DNA from: Bispira polyomma
Lineage: Eukaryota
Reading direction: 5' to 3'
Length of the DNA stretch: 64,000 bases
Assembly (NCBI GenBank): GCA_965649765.1
Contig: OZ287749.1
Span: 107,074,001 to 107,138,000 of the forward strand
Under the pieces are notes generated by a model, which saw only the letters and a list, made by a program, of their open reading frames with translations, searched no databases and was not told the DNA's origin. Shown here one piece after another: positions 48,804 to 60,787 of the stretch. A program made the translations under genes and the position numbers. How positions within the stretch are numbered: the stretch's first letter is position 1; each line of letters begins with the position of its first letter.

Positions 48804-49067
48804 GATGAAATATCAGAGTCTCCGACTGTTATCTCCCAAAAATGTACAACATATACTTCCTAACACTATATCACTAAACGTGGCAAGAGAGTCAACTCTA
48901 GATGCCACTACATCTGGTTCGGTTGCGTAACCACCGTGCTAGAATGACTTTGTTTGAGTGATGTACTTCCAGTAACCTTCCTTACACCATATACAGACAA
49001 AATATATTGTGCTTTAAAACCACCACAGAAAAACAAACAACACAAATGACTTAAGAATCAATCAGTA

Positions 49068-50455
49068 AATATGGCAGATTATACTGGCTTTATCGAGAGA
49101 ATTCTCAAAATTTAAAAGGAGAAATCTTGTAGTGTCCTTTCTTGTAAGCTGAGTTTTTAAGTATTAAAGAAATATTTTTACAAAAGGGGTAGTTTTTGAA
49201 ATGCATATCACCATGTGATATTGTTACTTTGGACTTCACCCTAATTATTCCTTGCAGGATCTCACCTTTGTTCCTTGAAGGATATCACCTTGGTCTGTCT
49301 GTAAGTATGAAGGCTTTAATATTCAATGGGGAAAAAACAGGTAAAGAGTGTCAAGTCTTAAGGCAGACAAACAAGGTCATTGACCTTGTTGGTGGCTGGT
49401 TTAAAGGGCGAATATACCTGGCAGATTTTGCTTCCGAATCCGTCATCCGACATTTGTTTCCGTCACTCGACGTCCAAATTTGGAGATGCACTACATCCCA
49501 AAATCTGGCTTTATATTAAAATACCTCATGATAATGGTAGTGGACTTGATGATATAAATTTGATGTATATTAAGATACAGAATTTTAAAAATGCCTCACC
49601 CTTACAGATTTCATTTTCTGGAAAGTTTTAACAAATTTTAGTTTCATATTGTAATATTTTAGTCAATATTGCAAAAAAACAGAGTTTTTAAAAAGACATT
49701 TTAAACAATCCAACTTTACCTAACAATATCTTTATTACCATTTAATTTAGTTGAGCTTTGTGACACCTATCATCAGGTACATAATAAGAGCTTTCTGGCA
49801 ATACCAAAACAAACATTTTAGTTGAAGTATTCACATAGATGCAGCCATCTTATCCAGTGAAATTTCATCAACCTCACATAATCAAGGAGGCAGTGCGAAT
49901 ATCATGAGGCAGATCATTCCACAAATTAGAAGCATCATTTGAGAAATTATTGTTAAAATGTCTTTTTGACTTGTGAACTGATTGTACAAAGGTAGGTGAG
50001 AAAGCATTTTCAGGCCAATATGATATGAAGCTGTTTGTTATGCATTAACCACCATAGGAAAAAAACAAATGCCACAAGGATCAACACATTCTTTTTCTTT
50101 CTTAAATGGTAAATATGGAAGATTATACTGGCTCTATCAATAGGATTCCTAAAATTTTGAAGGAGAAATCTTGAAGTGTCCTTTCTTATAATCTGAGTTT
50201 TTAAGTACCGGCATTAAAGTAATATTCACAAAAGGGGTGGTTTTTTCAATCACCATGTGATCTAGTTAGTCCAGACCTCACCCTAATTGTTCCTTGAAGG
50301 ATATCAACTTTGTTTTTTGAAGGATATCACCTTGGTCTTTTTGTAAGTATGAAAGCTTTACTATTCAATGGAGAAAACACAAGGTAAAAAGTGTCAAGTC
50401 TGAAAGCAGACAAACAAGGTCACTGACCTTGCTGCATGGCATCTGGTTTAAGGTA
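49068..50455. repeat. Pair of ~330-bp direct repeats (~49068-49405 and ~50110-50455)
   Basis: taaatatgg.agattatactggct..ggagaaatcttg..gaaggatatcaccttggtct..caaacaaggtca.tgaccttg present twice. Confidence 0.8.
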
Positions 50456-51177
50456 GAGGGTCAAAATTTTGCAAATAAAAAAACATTGGGTGAAGTGGAT
50501 ATGGGCACCTGTGTGTGTGTGTGTGTGACAAAACAGTATGATACCATTTGGAAGTCTGTGGGTGTATGAGTGAGTGTATGTGTATGTGGCTGATAAGAGT
50601 ACAAATTCACAAATGTGTATTTCTTACATAAAAATAATACTCAATTATATGAAGATATAATCTACAAGTCTCTTAATACATGCCTCCCAATAAACCTCAG
50701 CCCATATCTTACCCCTTACTCTCAGCAAGTCAATACACGCCTAACAATAAACCTCAGCCCATATCTTACCCCTTACTCTCAGCAAGTCAATACACGCCTA
50801 ACAATAAACCTCAGCCCATATCTTACGCCCTTACAACTGTAACTCTCAGCAAGCCAATACCCGTCATAGTAAATACCAACAAATTATTTCTCAATGTTCC
50901 TACCTTTGATCCCAGCATACACAGATCACAAGTCCATTTCAATTGTAGTTATGGAATAACCTACCACAAGATAACCGATGCTCGCCTTCTCTTTCGACTT
51001 TAGAAGGAAGCTCAACACCTATCTCTATCAAAAATCTTATCCCCCCTGGCATGGTCTTACCATCACAGACTCCCTCCCTTTGTGAGACCATAAATTTTGC
51101 TCCACATAAAAGGGAAATTGACTTAACAGAGTTCGACTTAAAGGGGTTTGACTGTATATAGGTAAACGTTTACTTAC

Positions 51178-51232
51178 ACACTGAGCTCCCATTTATTATC
51201 GCCAGCTCACTATCTGGTACTCCGTGAGACAT
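51178..51232 (-). CDS. ANKDD1A: Candidate alternative first coding exon B (MSHGVPDSELAIINGSSV)
   Basis: ATG 51232, T|gtaagt donor, phase 1; upstream acceptor ttctacag| at 51316. Confidence 0.6.
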
Positions 51233-54083
51233 TATACTGTTCACTGTCTATATATTACAACAAACTCACAGATAAGTATTATGTGACCACATCGAATTGT
51301 ATCTTTCTATCCAATCTGTAGAAACTAATCACGCAATGTGACAAAGTTTTTGAGAAAAAAAAAATTAAAATCCAACCAAAAAGCCTATTGTGTCAATTCA
51401 GGGGTTATAAATAAGTGATAGTGTTTTCTACTCGGCTGAATTACAACAAATTTTGGATTTTGGTTCTATTAGTCGATTTGTAAAAACAACATTTCATTTT
51501 TAACTGTTTACTGTTAATATTCACACCACATTCTATATTGAACACATATTTGATCACTTTTAGTAGTTAAAAAACACAAGTTCCATTTACTGAATCCACA
51601 AATCAATAAAAAAAGAAATAAATATTTTTTTAATATATTCCATATTTTACGTCTGATATTGTTTGAGCCGCACAGTCACCCATTGATGATGTAATTAATA
51701 GAAACGAGTAAAGCACGCGTAGCTCATGTCTAAAACAAACCCTTGTGTAGTAAAAATATCGGTATTTTAGGAAGCAGTAGAAAAGAACAGTTATCAGCCG
51801 ACTATAGATCAATCTGCAGTTGAGCTGTGAAGTTGTGTTAATTGTTACAGTGCTCAGTTCCATGGCTGTTAATTGTTCACGGTTTTAATCACAAGTCTGA
51901 ATAGATATTATAATACTTTCCACCTGTTGTTCAAAAACCAGTTCCTAATTCCACATGTCGACCATTTTTAAGGATCCAATTATTGGCCATCTATGTTATT
52001 TGATTCAGCTTTTTCTTTCATAAACAAGAGATCAATTTCCTTTATTTATATATATTTATCCTGGCTTAGAACAAAAGGAAGTAAAGTCTGTTTATCAGTT
52101 GAAATTTGAGCTGGAATATAACCTAATTAAAATTCTTCCTTATTAATAAAGAAAATGTTAAAGAATAAATAAAAATCAACATTTTCACTAGAAATTATTT
52201 TTATTTTATATTGGAGGAATAGGATTTACCTGGATAGTCTGTGTTTTGATCCAATGGACAAAGGGGGGGAGGTGGGGGTACTCTTTTAGGAATAAATGTC
52301 AATTTCCTGTTCTCCCCCCAGACTGTAAATAACTCTTTATAATTTCAATTAATGCCAAGCACTGACATACATGTATATATAAAGGTACAAGTCAATAAAA
52401 TGGATGTGTGTGAAGGGCTTTCTGGTTTAGGTGAGATTTCAATTGGTTATGTCCATGGTTTAGTGTAAAGCCCCAGTCACACAGGGCTTACATTTCAATT
52501 ATGCACCAAAAATGACTAGAAATAGAAAAGGTAAGGTGAAAGGATTTGCATAGTGGATATAGTATTCGTACGTGAACGTAAGCATGCAAGAGTGAAATGG
52601 TCCCTTAAACTCATCATTTCATGCTGCATGTAATGCAAGTCCGTTTATGCCATTTTCGGCAATATCCATTAAAGCGGCTGGTATGCTTTCGGGAAACATA
52701 CGACACATCTGACATGTCTTTAATGCATATGTAAACGGAAATGACAGCAGTAAGACGTACTATACATCCAAATGATAACCAGAAACATGAAAGACGTAGA
52801 TAATTCAATGATGGCCCCACATATGATATTTTAACAAAGGCTGTACTTGAACAGTTTCCTATTGGCGAGGAACTAAAGAGAAATAAAATCATATACTCGG
52901 GATTCAAGAGCTGGCCGACAACATACGGGTGAAAAAGGTTAAGGCTGTGATTTTTATTTTATTAACTTTACAATCTAAATAAAGAAAGCTTTCTGATTAT
53001 ATTGTTTGTGGCTTTAGTACTGACACAAACTAGACAGTTCTAAGGGGCTTGACTGGTACATTATGAATGCTAACATATAACCCCTACATGACTAACCACA
53101 ACATTAACAACAGGGTTCATGACACCCAGTAACCATGATAACAATCACTATGACAACAGTAACTAAGAACACTGCCATCACCAAACAAAAATCAAACAAC
53201 CATTACCATTATTATTATCAAATGTTTTTAGCGCTCTTATTTTGGTACTAAATCATCGTCAATGGCGCTCGGTTAAATGATAGTCACAATAGATCAAAAT
53301 AAGTTTTAATGATAATATGACAAAAATAATATCATAGGTTTAAACAGGTTTTTTTTATCCTAACCTAAGTAAAGTGCAGATATTTAATAACAGCCTCGTG
53401 TATAATTCTTTACACATTGAAGTCCGCCGCAGTCTATTGCGAGGAACTTTAAAAGGAAAATTAAATACTTTTTTGGGGTATTGAGTCTGCTGTGTCAGCA
53501 ATTTAAACTTCTTTCTACAAATAGAATAGTTTCTCATATCTTGAATTGGTATTGTTCCCTGTTTAATGTTGCAATTTTAATATAGGAATAACCTATGACA
53601 AAGCACAGAATACAGTAATTCTTACTATGATTGCAGGCGTAGTAACAAGAAGCCGTGCTTTGAAATGGGTTATTCCTATTCAAACAGGACAAATTAAAAT
53701 TATTACCTCATTCAAGCTGTTTTGACTGCAAAATTACATTATTGAAAGAACTTTATTCCACTGGGCATCCAGTACCCTTCAGACGCAATTTGTCTATTTC
53801 CGTCTATGGGTATATGGTTATTTTTATCAAGGTTGACGGCCAATCAGAATCGCGGACATAGCCGTGCCATGTTAGAATACAAAAACGTTTAACTCGTTTC
53901 TCAATGATACACGATAAGACCACGATAACATCACAAAACACTTTATACTCTACACACTACATCCAACACATCTATATCAACATACACAGAGATCTAACTA
54001 CTACAACATCAACTACACGTCTACAGCACATGATCCATAGCAACCAGTGGTTACCATGACAACTCTATAGGAGGGATACCTAC

Positions 54084-54159
54084 TCTCTGTGGGCTGCAGT
54101 AAGGTTACCATGGCCATATCCACATCCTGTGTGACATTCTTCAACTGGCCCAGCTCGCC
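54084..54159 (-). CDS. ANKDD1A: Candidate N-terminal exon A2 (GELGQLKNVTQDVDMAMVTLLQPTE)
   Basis: tttacag|GGC..GAGA|gtaggt, phase 0 to 1. Confidence 0.55.
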
Positions 54160-56476
54160 CTGTAAATGATTGGACTGACGTGATTGATTCATTGTTGGAA
54201 AATAGACAAGACCTTTTTTGTAATCAAATTTAAATCAATCCTGAGTTTCAAGAAACTATCGGGTGTCAAACTCCATTAAAACTGGGTTGCATAAATCCAT
54301 ACTTTCTTTGTTTTTTGTTAACCTGAGCTCTAGTTTACCTTGAAACCAAATCAACCCGAACTAGGTCAGTTTTATATCCATACATTTTTACGTTTTTATA
54401 TAAAATAATCTGCTTCAGTTTCTGCTGCCTTCAAACTAAAAGTAAACAATAGTCCAAAATTATGAAGTGACACCCTTTCGAATTTCACGTTTGAAATAAT
54501 TGATGCTCACAATTTCTGCACTATATTCAGTTATTCAGTTATCCAGCTTAAAGATCTGATAATGATATATACATATATATTTATACTATGGCAATTATAT
54601 TACAGCTAATAATTAATTTAATATAAAAATATAACACAACTAGAATCTCCTGTATTAATTATCCAACTTAATACACTTCATTTTTTAGCAAAGAAAACAC
54701 TTTTACAAGTATCCAATGTCCCATGAACAGAAATCAAAGAAATTCAGCACCATTTTCCCCTTCCATTCCCTTAAAATATATTCTGCTCACACATATACTC
54801 GATACTGAACAGATACTTTCTCTCTTGGAAATACTTTATGCTCCTCCTAATATATCTTACCAATCACACACAGTTTTTTATATTATTAAACAAAGCCGAC
54901 TATTAAAACCTATTTTTGTCATTTTGGTCCCAAAACTATATCCACATATCCTTTCATACATGAACCACTCTACAGTTTTTAATCAGCGTCTACTCTATAA
55001 ACAACACCCCATATATATGCATAAATACACAATTCCTTTAATTATGTACAATATCACAGAAGTATAGTCAGCTCCCAATTGCTGTACCAAGAAGCCTTCG
55101 CAGTGAGTCTCCCAATCAAAATATTCTCATCCATCCAGTACACTGCAATTTTAACTGAGTAATGCTAAATGACAAACTACAATGCCATCCTGTCACTTCA
55201 GTTTCTCCCATTTTGTAGCTCTCAACAAGTCAACAAGTCATACATGATTGAAGAACTGTGGCCAAGCTGATGAATTATGTATCTATTATTTTAGAGCAAT
55301 AGTCTGAACTCCAGTGTTCACACAGAATTCACTTTAGTCCTGTTTTATGACACTATAACTATCATTTTCATGTGTGCACTAGTCTATGTCAGATGTATTA
55401 AGAAACAACAGATTATAAAATTCATTCATACATGTCATATATTTCGTATTTTAAGCATTTCAAGCAGGTATATTTCTCAGAATTAAAAAAAAAAACAATC
55501 TTTAATATGTAACTATATATTAAAAATACATTTATAAACTTCAACGTTCTGTTTTTTTCTGTCATAAAATATCCACAGAATTTGAGATTTACTGATTGGA
55601 GGGTCAGTTCGACTTGTCCCAGGTTTTACTGAGAAACACTCTGGGGTCAAATCTATAGATTGTTGACATAAAATCTCTGCTTTGTACACACATAAACAAA
55701 TCCACATTTTGGCTGAGTATTAAGTCAGATCGACTTGCCCCTGAATGGGGATGCAGACATTAGAAGTCTTTAGTAAAACACAGAAAAAAAATTTACTCCA
55801 TTATTATTAAAGACTTATCCACCTGATATACAGAATCCCACACACACACACACACACACACACGACCCTGGTCTTTAATATGGAAAGGACTCCCTATCTA
55901 TATATGTATTGTTAAGTCAACACCGCATTGTGCACATTGTGTACCCAAATCACCACTACTTTCCCTGTGTTCAATATATAATTTCCAGTCATATGACCCC
56001 ATTATTTGTGACCAATCAAGCTTTGCTAGCTAGTTCAAGAGAAGGGCTTATGATGAGACACACACACACACAGACACACACACAGCGAGCATGCATTATT
56101 TGTGTTCTTAATATTATACGAAAACTCCTGCCTTCGCCACGGGAGCATGTATTATTTGTGTTCTCAATATTATATGAAAACTCCCGCCCTTCTTTCACAG
56201 TAGGATGTATTATTTGTGCTCTTAATATTATATGAAAACTCCCCCTCCCCACACACACACACACAGAGCATGTATTATTTGTGTCTCCATCATACAGCCA
56301 TAAAACCTTGTGGCGATATCTTGGACAACAATCGTCATTCAGTAGGATTTGCACATGTATGCACACACAGACAATGAAAACCAGTTTAGGATGTAATGAT
56401 ATGCAATATGAACAGGTTCACATTTTGCAAACAATAAAATAAAACTATATCGGCAGGGTAAGTTTTTTATATATAT

Positions 56477-56515
<39 letters not shown>

Positions 56516-56614
56516 TACATAGTAAATGTTCGTGTAATGAGAGGATGAATGATACATAAATTAAACAGCCACACAATTAGCCATACAGACAGAGACAAAC
56601 AAACACACACATGA

Positions 56615-56649
<35 letters not shown>

Positions 56650-57904
56650 GCAACACAACCATTCCATATTGCCTTAAAAAATACCCAGTTGTACAGTAGT
56701 GTAAATTTGTCATTATAATCCCCAGAGGCATTCAGCACAGTACCCTTTTCCAGCACAGCCCCTCCCCCACCTCCCTCCCCCTTCCCCAACAAACCCCAAT
56801 ACTGTCAGTAGTAGCAAATAGAGAAAAACTGACTGCAGTTTGCTGCTTCTCAGTTATTATTGACTTCACGCACACACACACACACCCCCCCCCACACCAT
56901 TTCGCCCCACCCTCCCCCCTCCCCCTCTTAATGATTGGCTGCTGATACAGAAAAACATTGCTCTATATTTAGCTCAACTAGATAGCATCAGGTCCAAACA
57001 CACACACACACACAGAGCAGGTCTACTGCGTCAGAGATGGGACTTAAAATATGATCTGCTAGTTTAAAACATCATATACCTACATTACACAATACACAAA
57101 TCACGTCGGAGGTTTGGATATTAAAAAAATGGGGATTTTTGTCACTTTAATAGCAGCAGCTTATTATGTTGTACATATAATTCATCAGGAGTTCTAAAGT
57201 GTAGGTTTTTGACTTGTAGTTTTGTGATTTATAGCCACATTGGCTCTAATACACTGTCCCCCCCAACTAACCATACGTTCCCCCATCCCCCACCTAACCA
57301 TATGTCCCTCCATACTTAGTATTGTATCAGTATTTACTGTAGAGCAGTGTATACAGATACTCAGATGACAATAATGGATATTAAAGGCTTTAATGGAGAA
57401 ACAAAATTTGGGGTTGGGTGGGGGGATAGTTTATAGGGGTGGTGGGGGGGGGGCATGATGGGGAGAGGGCAGGAAGGGGTGTGAACATCATGCTGGGTAC
57501 ATAAATATTAAGCATGTATTTCTTAAACCAGCAGTGATATTGTATAAAGTAAAGATTAAGTATCAAGTACGGTTGTAGCCTTTAATATAGAAGCGATATT
57601 GTATCAACTAAAGATTACGTATCAAGTACAGTTGTAGCCTTCAATGTAGAAGATTAAGAGACAGAACTAAATATCTCCACTTAAGCAGGATATCCACTAA
57701 AGAGGGTCGACTTTAGTTGGAAAATACCTTTGTGAATTTTTTGTGTATTTTCCTAGAAATAAGAGGGTAATTGACTTAACAAGGGGTAACACTTATAAAT
57801 GTCATTAAGATGCCAAAAGTGAAATTTCTGTGCATGTCTCAACTTTAATTTGATGTAATCATTATTGTTAAGCTATCTATATAATCCTCAGAAACAGTAC
57901 AACA

Positions 57905-58495
57905 TGTGCATGGCAAGGTCAGTGCATCAAAGTCAAATGTAACACAAAGCCATGACAAGGTGAGTGTATCAAGGTCAAAGGTAACACAAAGCCATGACAA
58001 GGTGAGTGTATCAAGGTCAAAGGTAAAACAAAGTCATGACAAGGCCAGTGCATCAAGATCAAAGGTAAAACAAAGCCATGACAAGGTCAGTGTATCAAAG
58101 TCAAAGGTAAAACTAAGTCATGATAAGGTCAGTGTATCAAGGTCAAAGGTAAAACAAAGTAATAACAAGGTCAGTGTGTCAAAGGTAACACAAAGCCATG
58201 ACAAGGTCAGTATATCAAGGTCAAAGGTAAAACAAAGTAATGACAAGGTCAGTGTGTCAAAGGTAACACGAAGCCATGACAAGGTCAGTGTATCAAGGTC
58301 AAAGGTAAATCAAAGCCATGACAAGGTCAGTATATCAAGGTCAAAGATAACACAAAGCAATGACAGGGTCAGTGTATCAAGATCAAAGGTAAAACAAAGC
58401 CATGACAAGGCCAGTGTATCAAGGTCAAAGGTAACACAAAGCCATGACAAGGTCAGTGTATCAAGGGCAAAGGTAACACAAAGCCATGACAGGTC
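57905..58495. repeat. 42-bp minisatellite (~14 copies)
   Basis: Unit aaagccatgacaaggtcagtgtatcaaggtcaaaggtaacac. Confidence 0.95.
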
Positions 58496-60024
58496 CAATA
58501 TAACAGTAAGTTTGATTGGCCTGTTGTTATATTTTTGACCCGTGCCAACATGTCTAGACATGCGTCTGAGCTGAGATAAAAATTTACCGAGAATACGGCC
58601 GCTGGGGTGAGTCTGGTTAACCACACACATCTATTCTGACTCTATATATGTCTAGACAAGGGCTGAGTTAAAGGGGGCTGGGGGCTATACTGGCACCATC
58701 TATATCTTGGCAGGGGTAGGGGGTGGAAAACAACCTAGATCCCAGTGGATAAGAAAGCCACGGCATTAGCTGATTGGTTAGGTGCGTCTGAAGACATTTG
58801 CTGGTGGCGACAAAAAGATGGAAAAAATGGATTTAAGACCCAAAGCGATTTATTGCAGTGGGATTTTTGGATTTTTCTCAATTTATATAATGTACTCAAT
58901 CTCGCACAAACTCAAAATATTACTACATTTCTTATATTGACTATAATCAGAAAATATGATTTTTCATCTCATTCATTTTGAATTACATATGTTGAAAAAC
59001 TTCATTTAAACTAATGTTTCACTTAAAGTCTAGCTTGCACATAACAAGGACTTCCACATAACCGTATAGTCACCACTAAGAGTTGAGTTTAAGTTTGACA
59101 TTAAGTTTTCACTTTATTGAAAGTAAACAATACCAGGATCTCGTTAGAGGTGACATTTTTTTCTTGAGAATCTGCAGAGACAGAGCGCTGAGCTTTTGGG
59201 ATCCACATCCAATTAGAAAGTGGGCAAAGTCTGGATTTATAGGGAGAACAGAAAAATGGGACAAAATCACGTTAAAGAGAAAAAGAGAAACAGGTTTACT
59301 GTATAAACAACATAGGAGTGAGTGTTCTGTGTGGTAGGCTGCCTTAAGTACAGGTTAGGTCCAAGTTAATGTACAATCTTTGAAAATAGTAACAAGAAAA
59401 ACAGAATATCACAGAAACATGTCTGGACCAAAAGTTGCAATCGTCTTGCTGGGGCAACTGTGTTTATATATAAATATATCATCAATATTTAGGTATATAT
59501 GTCAAAAGACCATACATACTTCCTTGAAATACCCAAAACTGCAGGTCTGACTAAAAAACAAACTATGCCAACTTAGAATGGGCAAAAAAGTCTTGTGTTT
59601 AAAATTTAACCAGATAAAGCACAAGGTATCAAGTCTGAATGTGGACATTATGATAGCATGGGTGACTTTTGAGTCAGCATTAATAGCACCAAGGTCTCCC
59701 CCCCCCACACACACACACACAAAGACAAAGACCAATCTAATGTTACTGTATATTCGAACTACATGTATATATATATAGATACAGTTACCATGACAATAAT
59801 AAGCTGTCTTACAATTTGTATGGTGTGGTTTTCACAAAATAATTTCTGATAGAATTCAATGTTAAAATATCACTATAAATTGTGACATCTCTCTGTCCGA
59901 ATAAGGCAGTGTTGAAAATGTCAAAATAGTCACTTTTGTGTCAGCAAATTGTATAACAATGTAAACTGCATTGACATATATGGTTATGAATCTAGAAATT
60001 TTGTGAGTAGTTCAACTATTTTGT

Positions 60025-60416
60025 TATACCGAGTTTTCCGTCCTCAACAATGCTTCAATTTTTACTGATGGTATGCATGGAGAGGGACAGAGTTCATTAC
60101 TATACCAAATCGTTGGAAATCTGACACATCAGCTTATTATGTTTCTTTTTAACGGGAAATATACGGAAATATTTTCAAATAATGATATTTAATTAATCAA
60201 GTACTTTTAAGTTAGCAAAAAATTATAATATTATGTACGGTACGGCTATTTGATTAATCAATATACAACCATAGACTAAATGGAAAGATGATATATTGTC
60301 CGTTATAGGTGCCATTTCACATTTACAATGATTTGCTATAGTAAACAACTTTGTCCCTCGACATACGTACCATCAGTAAAATCAAAGCATTGTCGAGGAC
60401 AGAAAACTCGGGTCTA
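60025..60416. mobile_element. MITE with ~80-bp TIRs and 9-bp TSD (Mutator-like)
   Basis: TIRs ccgagttttc.gtcctc.acaatgctt..tttactgatggta..gagggaca; TSD ctattttgt at 60016-60024 and 60417-60425; solo TIR remnant at ~4586-4640. Confidence 0.8.
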
Positions 60417-60462
60417 CTATTTTGTTTACTATGATTTTGAACAACTTGTTAACACTTTCGCA

Positions 60463-60680
60463 TACCATGATTTGTAATCTCATATACATATGTCTACACC
60501 TTTATATATCATGATTTGTAATCTTTTATATATATGTCTACACCTTTACATACCATGATTTGTAATCTTTTATATATATGTCTACACTTTTATATATCAT
60601 GATTTGTAATCTCATATACATATGTCTACACTTTTACCTATCATGATTTGTAATCTCATATATATACATATGTCTACATA
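60463..60680. repeat. 44-bp minisatellite (~5 copies) next to a candidate donor
   Basis: Unit catgatttgtaatctcatatacatatgtctacaccttttatata-like. Confidence 0.88.
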
Positions 60681-60709
60681 CACAAAGTTCACCATGACGA
60701 CGTGTTTAC

Positions 60710-60787
60710 CTGGATGCTTAACATCATTTCCTGGAACTGGTAATCTTCTTCCATGTCGGCAGAGAGCAGGCTACTGGCTGATGTCAT
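60710..60787 (-). CDS. ANKDD1A: Candidate first coding exon A1 (MTSASSLLSADMEEDYQFQEMMLSIQ)
   Basis: acaATG, 26 open codons, CAG|gtaaac phase 0, fits exon 54159. Confidence 0.55.

Noticed and set aside
57906-58538. 210-aa Ser/Lys-rich ORF
   Set aside because: Translation of a 42-bp tandem repeat, with a GTG start and no unique domain.
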